From the NCBI GenBank assembly GCA_035288985.1, contig DATDYP010000015.1:27119-91118 (forward strand): DNA of 64,000 nt, given 5' to 3'. Below, one piece after another: positions 38,836 to 47,806 of this stretch. A program made the position numbers and the translations under genes. Each line of letters starts with the position of its first letter. Positions within the stretch are counted from its first letter, which is position 1. The DNA is from Candidatus Nanoarchaeia archaeon. GTDB lineage: Archaea; Nanobdellota; Nanobdellia; Woesearchaeales; GW2011-AR9. The notes beneath the pieces were generated by a model that had not been told where the DNA came from, made no database searches, and saw nothing but the letters and a program-made list of their open reading frames with translations.

Positions 38836-41405
38836 TGTTCCCCTCCGGTCATTTGTTCAATAATCTCTTTTACGTCGATGACGCCGTTTTTGGTTTTGGA
38901 AACATCCAATGAGTCTTCTCCATAGGAGAACTGAACTATTTTCCCACTGGCGTCCCGGACAGAGTTGTCATAGGCAACTTTAAGATCCTGCATGGCGTTT
39001 GATAATCTTCGGTACAGGTATCCTGATTTCGGCGTCCGTAAGGCCGTGTCCATCAGTGCATCCCTTCCAGTCATGGCGCCGAAGAAGAATTCACTCGGCG
39101 TCAGCCCGCTCTTAAAATTATTCCTGATAAACCCTCTCGACTTGGGGCTTAGATCATTTTTCTTGAAGTACGATAAAGTTCTTTCCTTGAACCCGGTTTC
39201 GATTCGCTTTCCCCGCAAGGCTTGTTGGCCTACTACTGCAGTCATCTGCGCGATGTTAAGGGGATTTCCTCTCGATCCGCATTTTGCCATCGTCAAGGCT
39301 GTGCTTTCACGAACCTGGCGTATGGCGATGTCGCCGCTTTTGTTTCGCGCTTTATTTAGAACTTCTAAGATTCGCAGTTCCAGTGTTTCTGCCATGGTTC
39401 TTCCTGGGAGGATTTCTAATTTTCCGGCATAAAAATCATCAATCAACTTTAGCGCGTCTTCCTCTGCTTTCCTGATAATGGCATCAATCTCTTCCCGCGT
39501 CTCTTCAGCAAGATCAAGGTCTCTCACACCTATGGAAAAACCGCGCCGCGCCAGGACAGCAATTCCCAGCTTGGAAATCTTGCCTAAAAGGTCTGCGGTG
39601 TAGGCAGGACCGTATTTCTCATACATATTTCGCAGCATCAGACCGCTTTCCTGGCCTAGATTTGCTTTATCCATCAAACCGGTCTTTAGGATTCCATTTA
39701 CAATTTTGACTTCGTTACTGCTCTTATCCTTGCCGGTGAAGGTGAAGTCTTTTGGCAGCAATACAGAAAATACTCTCTTCCCGTCAATCTTATCTTTGTC
39801 AGGCAAAGAGGAGAAATCTTCCACGCCGCAACTGTACAGCAAGTCTACAGCTTCATTCCTGCTTAATACCAATTCTTTGGTCAGCAAATAATTTCCAGTG
39901 ATAGCATCATGGATGCAGCCGACCACGCTTAAGCCGTAACGCGGGCTGATGATCTGTGTTTCTACCAGCATCAAAATCTTTGCTTCTGCCCGGGCTTCTT
40001 CATTTTGTGGGATATGGAGATTCATCTCGTCACCGTCAAAGTCAGCGTTGTAGGGGTTGCAGACAGATGGATTGAGGCGGAAGGTCTTGCCGGGTAAAAC
40101 TTTGACCAGATGGCACATCATGCTCATCCTGTGCAAGGACGGCTGCCTGTTGAAAAGAGCAATATCACCATCAACAAGATGCCTGTCGACAATATACCCT
40201 TCTTCAAGCTCTTCCAGGATCTCTTCTTTGGTTTCTTCTGTGATCGTTTTTCTTCGTCCATTAGGCTTGATAACATAATTAGCACCAGGATACTTCTTAG
40301 GGCCATTCTCTACGATCTTGCGGAGATGTTGCTTATTCCATTCGGTAACCCGTTCTGGAACAGTAAGGTGCATGGCCATGCTTAGAGGCACTCCTACGCC
40401 ATTGAGGGAGATTAATGGATCCGGACTGATGACGGTCCTGGCTGAGAAGTCCGTCCTTTTACCAGCAAGATTATGCCGGATACGCCCTTCTTTGCTCTTG
40501 ATACGTTCGGTCAGCGTTTTCAACGGCTGTCCGCCCCTGTGCCGGGCCGGCGGTAGTTGTGAAACAGAATTGTCAAAGAACGTCGTAATATGATACTGAA
40601 GCAGATCCCAGAGGTCTTCAATGATAACTTCCGGTGCTCCTGCATTGATGTTTTCGAAAAGGCGCTGGTTGATCCTGACAATGTCTCCGAGCTTGTGGGT
40701 CAGATCATCTTCGCTTCTTTCTCCAGATTCCAGAGTAATGCTCGGCCTCATCGTTACCGGAGGGATCAGCATCGTGGTAATCACCATCCATTCCGGCCGG
40801 ATCTGTCCTGGAGTGTATCCAAACATGATCAGGTCCTCGTCGGGGATCTTTTCAAGGCGTGCCCGCACTTCAATCGGGCTTAATCTAATCTCTCCTTCAT
40901 AGAAGTTGTAAGGCTTCTCGATCCTGATTTTTTCCTGCTTGGTGTCACAGTGAGGACACTTGTCTTTTGTTTTATACCTCGTGATGATCTCTTTGATCCT
41001 TCTTCTCTTTGCTTCGAAATCATCTTCTGCATCAATCTTAGCCAGCATTGCGCTGTAGCTTTTGATTTTATTATCAGGGATGACTACTCTGCCGCATGAT
41101 TTACAGCTGGAGCGGAGGATATCTAAAATTTGACGGACAAAATTAATATGCACTACTGGCCGGGCTAGTTCAATGTAGCCAAAATGCCCAGGGCATTCTT
41201 TCAGTTTCTGGCCGCAGGTCTTACATCGTAAGCCAGGATCAATAACACCGAGGCGAAGGTCCATCAATCCTCCGTCAACTGGGTATCCTTCCCGGTCGTA
41301 CAGCTCTGGAGTTACAATTTTTGCCGCTGCAGAATCGGTCATCTGTTTTGGTGAAAACAAACCGAAAGAGATACTTTTGATTTTTTTGTGTATGCTATGG
41401 ATCAT
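38832..41405 (-). CDS. rpoA1: DNA-directed RNA polymerase subunit A'
   Basis: Zn motifs CKTCGQKLKECPGHFG and CKSCG, catalytic NADFDGDEMNLH, RQPSLHRMSMM, bridge-helix region. Confidence 0.95.
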   Translation of the reverse strand: MIHSIHKKIKSISFGLFSPKQMTDSAAAKIVTPELYDREGYPVDGGLMDLRLGVIDPGLRCKTCGQKLKECPGHFGYIELARPVVHINFVRQILDILRSSCKSCGRVVIPDNKIKSYSAMLAKIDAEDDFEAKRRRIKEIITRYKTKDKCPHCDTKQEKIRIEKPYNFYEGEIRLSPIEVRARLEKIPDEDLIMFGYTPGQIRPEWMVITTMLIPPVTMRPSITLESGERSEDDLTHKLGDIVRINQRLFENINAGAPEVIIEDLWDLLQYHITTFFDNSVSQLPPARHRGGQPLKTLTERIKSKEGRIRHNLAGKRTDFSARTVISPDPLISLNGVGVPLSMAMHLTVPERVTEWNKQHLRKIVENGPKKYPGANYVIKPNGRRKTITEETKEEILEELEEGYIVDRHLVDGDIALFNRQPSLHRMSMMCHLVKVLPGKTFRLNPSVCNPYNADFDGDEMNLHIPQNEEARAEAKILMLVETQIISPRYGLSVVGCIHDAITGNYLLTKELVLSRNEAVDLLYSCGVEDFSSLPDKDKIDGKRVFSVLLPKDFTFTGKDKSSNEVKIVNGILKTGLMDKANLGQESGLMLRNMYEKYGPAYTADLLGKISKLGIAVLARRGFSIGVRDLDLAEETREEIDAIIRKAEEDALKLIDDFYAGKLEILPGRTMAETLELRILEVLNKARNKSGDIAIRQVRESTALTMAKCGSRGNPLNIAQMTAVVGQQALRGKRIETGFKERTLSYFKKNDLSPKSRGFIRNNFKSGLTPSEFFFGAMTGRDALMDTALRTPKSGYLYRRLSNAMQDLKVAYDNSVRDASGKIVQFSYGEDSLDVSKTKNGVIDVKEIIEQMTGGEQ

Positions 41406-41415
41406 GGTTCGTGCC

Positions 41416-43221
41416 TCAATATTTGCTCTCCAAATTCAGTTTTGCGTAGATTCCTAAAGTTCTTATTTCATCCAGCAGAAGCTTGAAGGCGTAACTCATC
41501 TCTACATTGGACATGTCTGAAGTATCTCCATAGAGCGGTGAGATTGCTCTTCCGTTCTTCCGCTCGTCATAGTATCCCATCAATCCAGACTTCTCGCAGA
41601 CCGGCACGGTGGTCCTGTCGGAATCAAACCGTTCTTTGAGGAGGAGTGTGGCTCCATGGGCGATAAAGGTGTCTTTCTCCATCTCTCCCAGCCGAAGCCC
41701 TCCTTCCTTAGCCTTTCCTTCTGTTGGCTGTCGGGTTAACAACTGGATCGGTCCTCTGGCTCTGGATTGCATCTTGTTTGCAACCATATGGCGGAGGCGC
41801 AAATAATACATATTTCCAACGAAAATCTTAGCCAGCATCCGCTTACCGGTCCTTCCATCGTAGAAAACTTCCGTTCCGTCTTCTCTGAATCCGCCTTCCA
41901 ATAATTCCTTCCGCAGCATTTCTTCCTGTTCTCCTTCAAATAAGGTTCCGTCAACAAATCTTCCTGCCAGCGCTCCAACTTTTCCGCCGACTAATTCAAT
42001 CAGGTGGGAAACGGTCATCCTTGAAGAGACCCCATGCGGAGTGAAAATCAAATCTGGAATGATCCCTTTTTCTGAAAATGGTAAATCCTGCGCAGGAACC
42101 AAAATTCCAGTAACTCCTTTCTGCCCATGCCGAGAGGTGAACTTATCGCCGATCTCAGGAATCCGTTCTTCACGCAGCCGCACTTGAACCAGCTTATTCC
42201 CTTCTTCGTTCTCTGTGAGGATAACAAAGTCAGCCACTCCATTTTCACCGTGCTTCAGGCTGAGGGAACTTTCCCGGCGGATTCCAGCAGAGAGGTTATA
42301 TTCATCCATGCTGCTCAGGAAACGCGGCGGGCTGGTCCTGCCGATGACAACATCTCCTTCCTTAACATTTGCTTCAGGATGGATGATTCCATCGCCTTCC
42401 AGGAAGCGGTAATCATGCTCACTTCTATACCCTTTTACATCTTTGTCAGGAACGGAAATTTCGTCGATCAATCCGCCAGAGTAGCGTAGTTCTTGGGCTT
42501 CGACCGGCCTGAAATAGGTGCTTCGCGCCAGTCCGCGTTCTACTGATGCTTTCCCAAGTATGACTCCGTCTTCCATGTTGTAGCCATCATAACACATCAC
42601 TGCTACGATCATATTCTGTCCAGAAGGATGTTCATCATAATCGGTGATAGTATGAATTTTTGTCTTGACGATCGGGAACTGAGGGTAATGAAGGATATTT
42701 GAATCCATGTCCATACGCAGGTGGTAATTTGCTGCGTAAAAGCCAAGAGCCTGTTTCTGGTTCTTGCTTCCGATGATCAGACGTTGCGAGGGCATGAAAT
42801 TACCGAATGGCACCAGCGAGGTCGCGATCCCGCAGATCGATCCCTGCGTGATTTCCATGTGGGTGTGGTTTGGTGTGATCTGCTCCTCATTATAAGCAAC
42901 CAGGGCATTTTCCTCTTCGCTGGCATCAAGGTACTCGATGACTCCCTGCCTGACCAAATCAACCCAGGTGATTTCACCTTCTGCCAATTGTTTGACGTGC
43001 TTCTCTGTCAGCAAAGACTTGCTTTCCTTGACGATGATCAGCGGCCGGCGTGCTCTTCCTTCGTCGCTGCTGACGTGAATCTCTTTTGCGGCTTCGTCAG
43101 AATATACATTGATCTCTTCTGATAAAGAACCTTTACGGCGGAGATCCTTGATCTCTTCTACAAAGTGCCTGGCATCTTCCACAGTTCCGATAAATCTTGA
43201 ATTTAAGTATACTTCTGTCAT
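41416..43221 (-). CDS. rpoB1: DNA-directed RNA polymerase subunit B' (C-terminal part of split B)
   Basis: GDKFTSRHGQKGV, PDLIFTPHGVSSRMTVSHLIE, LRHMVANKMQSRARGP, GGLRLGEMEKD. Confidence 0.95.
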   Translation of the reverse strand: MTEVYLNSRFIGTVEDARHFVEEIKDLRRKGSLSEEINVYSDEAAKEIHVSSDEGRARRPLIIVKESKSLLTEKHVKQLAEGEITWVDLVRQGVIEYLDASEEENALVAYNEEQITPNHTHMEITQGSICGIATSLVPFGNFMPSQRLIIGSKNQKQALGFYAANYHLRMDMDSNILHYPQFPIVKTKIHTITDYDEHPSGQNMIVAVMCYDGYNMEDGVILGKASVERGLARSTYFRPVEAQELRYSGGLIDEISVPDKDVKGYRSEHDYRFLEGDGIIHPEANVKEGDVVIGRTSPPRFLSSMDEYNLSAGIRRESSLSLKHGENGVADFVILTENEEGNKLVQVRLREERIPEIGDKFTSRHGQKGVTGILVPAQDLPFSEKGIIPDLIFTPHGVSSRMTVSHLIELVGGKVGALAGRFVDGTLFEGEQEEMLRKELLEGGFREDGTEVFYDGRTGKRMLAKIFVGNMYYLRLRHMVANKMQSRARGPIQLLTRQPTEGKAKEGGLRLGEMEKDTFIAHGATLLLKERFDSDRTTVPVCEKSGLMGYYDERKNGRAISPLYGDTSDMSNVEMSYAFKLLLDEIRTLGIYAKLNLESKY

Positions 43222-43225
43222 TTTC

Positions 43226-44698
43226 TTACGCTGATTCTTTCAGGCCTATATTTTTTAATTTATCCAGGACAGCTTCATCTTCAACATTTTGTGAGATCGA
43301 ACAAAGCATGGCCAAATTCTTTCTGAGTCCAATATTTGTACCTTCCGGCGTTTCAATTGGACATAATCTGCCGACATGAGTACAGTGTAATGCACGGGCG
43401 TCGAAATTCTCCTGCGACGTTGACAAAGGACTGGCTACTCTCTGCAGGTGCGAGACCATGTCTAGGAAATTAGTCCTGCTCATCCTCTGCGAGACTCCCT
43501 GCCTGCCGCCGACCCATTCTCCCGTAGCCATGGAAGAATATAAACGTGAGGTGAGGAGCTTTCCCCTGATGATGACTCGGATTGAAGGCAGCTTCCCTCT
43601 CTTGATAATCCGCTGAAAGTTATAAAGTATGTCTCCTACCAGGATCTTAAAATTAACTCGGAATAGATCTATGAGCAAGTCCCCGCTCATCCGCAACCGT
43701 TTATTCATGTAGTGGTCTTTGTCATCTGCAGGGCGTGCGCCGCTGCTGATGTCAATAAATTTTTTCAGCATCTTGCAGATATTTACAGCTTTCGTACGCC
43801 GCGCAGGTGTTTCCACGCCGATATTAGGAAGCAGATACTTATTAAGAATCTCTTTGGTGCGTTCCATCCGGATATCTTTTGGCTGCGTCACGCCGATTCT
43901 CTTGCCGATATAATCAATGGCATCATCTTGTGTTTTCACTTCAACAAATTCAAAGAGGTTAAGGATGATCTCTTCATAATTCTTTTCCATAGAGATTGAT
44001 TTCATGATCTCTTCGTCTTTAACCAGGCCGAGGGCCTTGAGAACTATGATGATCGGCATGCTTTTGACGCGGGTGAAACTCATGTAGTAAATTCCATCCT
44101 TCTTCCGCTCAAAGGTGTGCGGGATCTTGTACGATCCTTTGGTCGCAAAGAACCGGCCATTGAATCCGGAAGCTCCTTTCTCGACCATAAAATTGTTGCC
44201 GGCCAGATCTTCAACAGTGACAATCAGTTTTTCCGTGCCATTGATGATGAAATACCCGCCTGGATCGCTGGGATCTTCGCCATGTTTGATAAGATCATCC
44301 CTGCTCAACCCGCTGAGATGGCAGAACTTGCTCCGCAGCATGATAGGCATCTTTCCAATTTCGGCGACGAAATTCTCTCTTTGGATATCATTAACATAGG
44401 TGCTGATCTCTAAATTTATTGGCGCGGAGTATGAAATCTTTCGCAGTCTTGCTTCAACAGGATAAATTGCCCTCTTACTTCCGTCAGCTTCAGTGATCTC
44501 TGGTTTCCCGACGGTGAGTCTGCCAAAACGGATCTTAAACTTTTCAATGTTATGCGGGATGATGGTCGGTTCTGCTTCCTTGTTTTCTTCGATGACTTCC
44601 TGCAGGCCTTTCTCCATCAGGTTATTGAATGACTGGATATTGCTCTCCACAAACTTTTTCTCTTCAAAATACTTTTTGATAAGGACTGATCTATCCAT
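43226..44698 (-). CDS. rpoB2: DNA-directed RNA polymerase subunit B'' (N-terminal part of split B)
   Basis: GGYFIINGTEKLIV, DDKDHYMNKRLRMSGDL, CPIETPEGTNIGL. Start moved to ATG 44698 (MDRSVLIKKYF), giving an 8-nt overlap with the rpoH stop rather than an 80-nt overlap. Confidence 0.9.
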   Translation of the reverse strand: MDRSVLIKKYFEEKKFVESNIQSFNNLMEKGLQEVIEENKEAEPTIIPHNIEKFKIRFGRLTVGKPEITEADGSKRAIYPVEARLRKISYSAPINLEISTYVNDIQRENFVAEIGKMPIMLRSKFCHLSGLSRDDLIKHGEDPSDPGGYFIINGTEKLIVTVEDLAGNNFMVEKGASGFNGRFFATKGSYKIPHTFERKKDGIYYMSFTRVKSMPIIIVLKALGLVKDEEIMKSISMEKNYEEIILNLFEFVEVKTQDDAIDYIGKRIGVTQPKDIRMERTKEILNKYLLPNIGVETPARRTKAVNICKMLKKFIDISSGARPADDKDHYMNKRLRMSGDLLIDLFRVNFKILVGDILYNFQRIIKRGKLPSIRVIIRGKLLTSRLYSSMATGEWVGGRQGVSQRMSRTNFLDMVSHLQRVASPLSTSQENFDARALHCTHVGRLCPIETPEGTNIGLRKNLAMLCSISQNVEDEAVLDKLKNIGLKESA

Positions 44699-44993
44699 CA
44701 GACTCACTCTCCTCAGGCTCTTCGCTTCTGGACATCGCACTGGTCCGCTGTGCTTTCGCGCTGTCGACAACTGCCCGGTAATATGCTGTTCTCCCGGCTG
44801 TTTTGCTTTGCCTTTCTATTTTCACAAGATCGCCTACTTTTAGGCTGAGATGCATGATTGCAGGATCGTCTTTCATGATTTTTGGCAGGGCTTTAGAATC
44901 GATATTATATTTTTTGAACAGAGATTCTTTCTCTGCGTCGCTTGCTTTAAGGTGCTTGTTAACCAGTTGATGGGTGTCTACCTTGAATGCCAT
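44691..44993 (-). CDS. rpoH: DNA-directed RNA polymerase subunit H (Rpb5-like)
   Basis: THQLVNKHLKASDAEKESLFKKYNI...LPKIMKDDPA...GDLVKIERQSKTAGRTAYYRAV. First gene of the rpo operon. Carries an acidic C-terminal tail. Confidence 0.8.
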   Translation of the reverse strand: MAFKVDTHQLVNKHLKASDAEKESLFKKYNIDSKALPKIMKDDPAIMHLSLKVGDLVKIERQSKTAGRTAYYRAVVDSAKAQRTSAMSRSEEPEESESDG

Positions 44994-45031
44994 TTTGTTT
45001 TGTACCTGTTTTGTACTTTCTTGAGCATGAG

Positions 45032-45119
45032 CGGGCCGGAAGGGATTTGAACCCTCGACCGCTTGATGTCCTTCAGCTTGCTAAAAGTCAAGCGCTCTAC
45101 CAAGCTAAGCTACCGGCCC
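45032..45119 (-). tRNA. tRNA-Lys(UUU) with one 14-nt intron at 37/38
   Basis: Acceptor GGGCCGG/CCGGCCC. D arm GCTT-AGCTTGGTA-GAGC. Anticodon stem CTTGA/TCAAG. Loop CTTTTA[intron 45068-45081]A. T arm GAGGG-TTCAAAT-CCCTT. Discriminator G, no encoded CCA. Confidence 0.85.
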
Positions 45120-45163
45120 ACGCTGGAGTGGAAAGGCCAAATCATGCGATTTGGCCAGTCAAG

Positions 45164-45321
45164 CGCCCTGGCCGGGATTTTCTTTGATTGTCAATCAACT
45201 ACAACCACCTTTGAACCCGGGTCGAAGCCTTGCTGTAAACTCCCGAAGGTCTCTTTTGATGAAACTTTTCGTAAAAGTTTCCGACAGGGCTTCATGCTAG
45301 GCCGAACTACACTACCAGGGC
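45164..45321 (-). tRNA. tRNA-Asp(GUC) with two introns (37/38 and T-loop 59/60)
   Basis: Acceptor GCCCTGG/CCAGGGC. D arm GTGT-AGTTCGGCCTA-GCAT. Anticodon stem AAGCC/GGCTT. Loop CTGTCG|A. Intron 1 (51 nt, 45231-45281) sits in a textbook BHB: AAAC:GTTT, bulge CGG, CTGT:ACAG, bulge CAA, AAGCC:GGCTT. Intron 2 (32 nt, 45178-45209) splits the T-loop TTCAAA|T between T-stem halves CCGGG/CCCGG. Mature length 75 nt. Confidence 0.8.
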
Positions 45322-45434
45322 AGTAGTGATGACAGCGCTTCTTCTACAGGTCATCTGTTTTAGAGAGTGAATTGTAGAGAACCGGCTGCCATTTTCCAGC
45401 TAAAACTACGGCTTGTTTATAAAGCTTTCTATTT

Positions 45435-46070
45435 TTAGTTAAGAAAGGGAAGAACTTTCCTTAAATCATCGCCTTCTACAACATGGCTTGCCGCTTCTTT
45501 CAATTCCTTTGATTTTGAGTTGAAGGCGATGGATAAGCCGACGTACTCACAGGCATGAATATCGCTTTCCGAATCACCAATGAAGATCACTTCTTCTGGC
45601 GGTATGCCTAAATCTTTACAAAGGTGGCTGATGATCTCTACTTTTTTCTCCGTACCTGCTCCCAGCGGCCAGACAAACTCGCCAGTTACGAGGTTATTTT
45701 TAATGATAAGTTCATTGGCATAAATGAAATCGATGCCCAGATCGTGCTGCGCTCTTCGTGCCAAATCAATGCTTCCGCTGCTTACAATTGCTACCAGCAA
45801 GTCCTGTTTTTTGATCTGACGAAAAAGCTCCTGTACGCCATCAGAATAGGGTATTGTTTTTACCAGACTATAATACGATGTTGCATCTTTTCCTTTCCAT
45901 AGCTTGGTGACGACTTCTTCCACTAACTTGGCGTAATTAGTATAGAGGTATTTTTTCGTCAGTTTCTTTCCTTCTTCCAAGGTGCCAAATACTTCATGCA
46001 GCCGTAACCAGAAGTTGCTGTCCTTAAAGATGACTCCGTCCATGTCGAAGCAGATGAGTTTATATGTCAT
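45435..46070 (-). CDS. HAD-superfamily hydrolase (phosphoserine-phosphatase-like subfamily)
   Basis: Motif I ICFDMDGVIF, motif II IVSSGS, motif IV FIGDSESDI. Confidence 0.75.
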   Translation of the reverse strand: MTYKLICFDMDGVIFKDSNFWLRLHEVFGTLEEGKKLTKKYLYTNYAKLVEEVVTKLWKGKDATSYYSLVKTIPYSDGVQELFRQIKKQDLLVAIVSSGSIDLARRAQHDLGIDFIYANELIIKNNLVTGEFVWPLGAGTEKKVEIISHLCKDLGIPPEEVIFIGDSESDIHACEYVGLSIAFNSKSKELKEAASHVVEGDDLRKVLPFLN

Positions 46071-46100
46071 AGTAAATCTGCCCTAGTAATTGAAAGGAAG

Positions 46101-46281
46101 TCCCCCCTCCCGGATTTTCATGCAACAAATACTTGATTGCTATTCGAACCGGGGATCCCTCGGTAGCTATTGGCTGGCTCTTTTTCATATAAGTCTTGAC
46201 GACACTTCCAAAGAGCATCTACAGCCGAGTGTTCTAGCCGTTGTTCCCTATTTTTTTTAGATAGGTCTAAACTAAGGGGGG
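46101..46281 (-). tRNA. tRNA-Tyr(GUA) with three introns (D-loop 15/16, 37/38, T-loop 59/60)
   Basis: Exons: CCCCCCT TA GTTT AG | C GGCTA GAAC A CTCGG CTGTAG | A CCGAG GGATC CCCGG TTCGAA | T CCGGG AGGGGGG A (73 nt mature). Introns: 26 nt (46241-46266), 54 nt (46165-46218), 28 nt (46115-46142). BHBs: GTTT:GAAC with bulges AGA/AAC; CTGT:ATAG with bulges AGA/CTA; TTCG:TGAA with bulges AAT/AAT. Confidence 0.75.
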
Positions 46282-46414
46282 ATAGGTGTCTAAATTAGTA
46301 TCAGGCTTATTAAGTTTTTGTTCATTTATTGGTATAATCAGTCCTTATCAAAAACAAAACTATTATAAATGAAATAGTATTTCTTAACATATATCATTAA
46401 GAGGTGATAGTTTG

Positions 46415-46795
46415 ATGGCAAAAAAAATGAGTATGTTGCGAAGCGGAGATAATATGCTGGGGAGCTGGTCTTTCTTAGTGGGCTTGGTTCTTGCAGTGCT
46501 TCTAGGCTTAGGCTTTACCGGCTCATACCAATCTCAGATGTTATGGGCAGTATTCTTGCTGGGCTTAGTGGTGGGAGTGTTAAATATTACATCCCAGGAA
46601 ACCTCGGCTTTCTTGACCAGTGGAGCAGTATTAGTATTAGTGGCATATCTTGGTGCAGACGTATTATCAAGTGCTGCTGAAACAGGATTAGGAGTAGACA
46701 GATTAGTAAATGTCCTTAATGCTATCTTAATGCTCTTTGTTCCAGCAACAATTATCGTAGCCCTTAGATCAGTTTTTGGATTGGCAAAACGATAA
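46415..46795 (+). CDS. Small membrane protein (about 4 TM)
   Basis: SD-like AAGAGGTGAT lies 7 nt upstream of ATG 46415. Hydrophobic helices include WSFLVGLVLAVLLGLGF, MLWAVFLLGLVVGVL, ILMLFVPATIIVAL. Confidence 0.5.
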   Translation: MAKKMSMLRSGDNMLGSWSFLVGLVLAVLLGLGFTGSYQSQMLWAVFLLGLVVGVLNITSQETSAFLTSGAVLVLVAYLGADVLSSAAETGLGVDRLVNVLNAILMLFVPATIIVALRSVFGLAKR

Positions 46796-46845
46796 GAAGT
46801 TATTTCTTTTTTTTAATTTCTTTTTACTGGTAAATATTTTACAAT

Positions 46846-47010
46846 AGGCTCTGTCCTAAAGTCAGCGCCATCAGGTCAAAACTCCTCCTTTCTTCTCCAT
46901 CTGGCGCGTCGCGAGGGGTCGCTCCCTACGGGAACGCAGCGCAATACTTTAAACAGAAGCGAGAGTTTTGAAGGCGCTGAACGAACGAAGTGAGATTTAG
47001 GACAGAGCCT
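46846..47010. repeat. 165-bp element with perfect 15-bp terminal inverted repeats (intergenic repeat family)
   Basis: AGGCTCTGTCCTAAA (46846-46860) pairs with TTTAGGACAGAGCCT (46996-47010). Internal pairs: CAGCGCC/GGCGCTG and TCAAAACTC/GAGTTTTGA. The right end in reverse complement (GGCTCTGTCCTAAATCTCACT) matches the left end of the element at 53628 with one mismatch. Confidence 0.7.
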
Positions 47011-47057
47011 CTACAACAAAAAAGTTTATTAATAATTCCTTTTATTCTCCGCTTTAT

Positions 47058-47153
47058 GCGGTAGTAGTATAGTGGTTAGTATACGGCCTTGCCAGAGATT
47101 TTGTAAAAGTCTGTAATGAGGCTGTGACCGGGGTTCGACTCCCCGCTACCGCA
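47058..47153 (+). tRNA. tRNA-Gly(GCC) with one 24-nt intron at 37/38
   Basis: Acceptor GCGGTAG/CTACCGC. D arm GTAT-AGTGGTTA-GTAT. Anticodon stem CGGCC/GGCTG. Loop TTGCCA[intron 47095-47118]A. T arm CGGGG-TTCGACT-CCCCG. Discriminator A. T-run after the 3' end. Confidence 0.85.
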
Positions 47154-47214
47154 TTTTTACTCATAGCATGACTGTAAAGAAATAATTATATACCCCTTCT
47201 CTTTTATTATTCTC

Positions 47215-47793
47215 ATGAACTGGGAATTACCTCAAAAACTGTATTCAATCTCTTTTTTCATCGTATTATTGTTTCTCTTCGGTTGTGAGGAAGTTTCAAC
47301 TCCAGTAGAAGAAATAAAAGAAGTGGAAGAAACGGCTCCACCTTCAGAAACTCCCAAAGAAGTTACAGTAGAAGAGCCTCTTCCAAAGGTTGGCTGTGAA
47401 TACAATTCAGATTGCGGACAAGGCTTGTTGTGCATCGACCAGGAATGTAAACCCTTAGCTAGCTTGTATAAAACTGATTGCGACAATAAATGTACTATTA
47501 CAGCCGTTGCGGTAGAAACCAGCGACGGGGAAGAGTATGATCTGGCCTTAGGGCAAGGAAGCTATACTGCTGCCGGGGCCTTGGAATGGAAATTATTGAA
47601 AACACCAGATTATTGTCAGGGAGAAGATCCATTAGTGGCTGTGAATATTATCAAGAAGACTACGGGTAAGGTGGTTGGTGAGCAAGTATTAACGCTACAT
47701 AAAGGCGATACCAGCGAGATAATCACTCATCCTACTGTTAAGAGTGTGAAGTTTACCGCTACGCTGGCGGATGTTACTGAGAGTTGTTCTTAA
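47215..47793 (+). CDS. Putative secreted/lipoprotein, Cys-rich, hypothetical
   Basis: N-terminus ...ISFFIVLLFLFGCEE (lipobox-like LFGC), then a P/E/T-rich linker and several Cys residues. Confidence 0.5.
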   Translation: MNWELPQKLYSISFFIVLLFLFGCEEVSTPVEEIKEVEETAPPSETPKEVTVEEPLPKVGCEYNSDCGQGLLCIDQECKPLASLYKTDCDNKCTITAVAVETSDGEEYDLALGQGSYTAAGALEWKLLKTPDYCQGEDPLVAVNIIKKTTGKVVGEQVLTLHKGDTSEIITHPTVKSVKFTATLADVTESCS

Positions 47794-47806
47794 AGAAATA
47801 AAAAAA

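Noticed and set aside
37590-44500. Numerous 60-150-aa ORFs antisense to or out of frame within the rpo genes, with similar cases inside gyrB, smc, polB and the giant genes
   Set aside because: They are nested in strongly supported long genes with clear conserved motifs and have no independent start or promoter signals. These are typical shadow ORFs.
44987-45326. Plus-strand ORFs of 66 and 87 aa (44987-45187 and 45063-45326)
   Set aside because: They overlap tRNA-Lys and tRNA-Asp on the opposite strand, and the sequence is explained by the tRNA genes and their introns.
45322-45415. Possible C/D-box sRNA (GTGATGA at about 45326 on the plus strand) between the HAD gene and tRNA-Asp
   Set aside because: No matching D box (CTGA) or terminal stem was found. 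The region is more simply the about 70-nt leader of the tRNA-Asp/tRNA-Lys transcript, read from the minus-strand TATA at 45416-45425.
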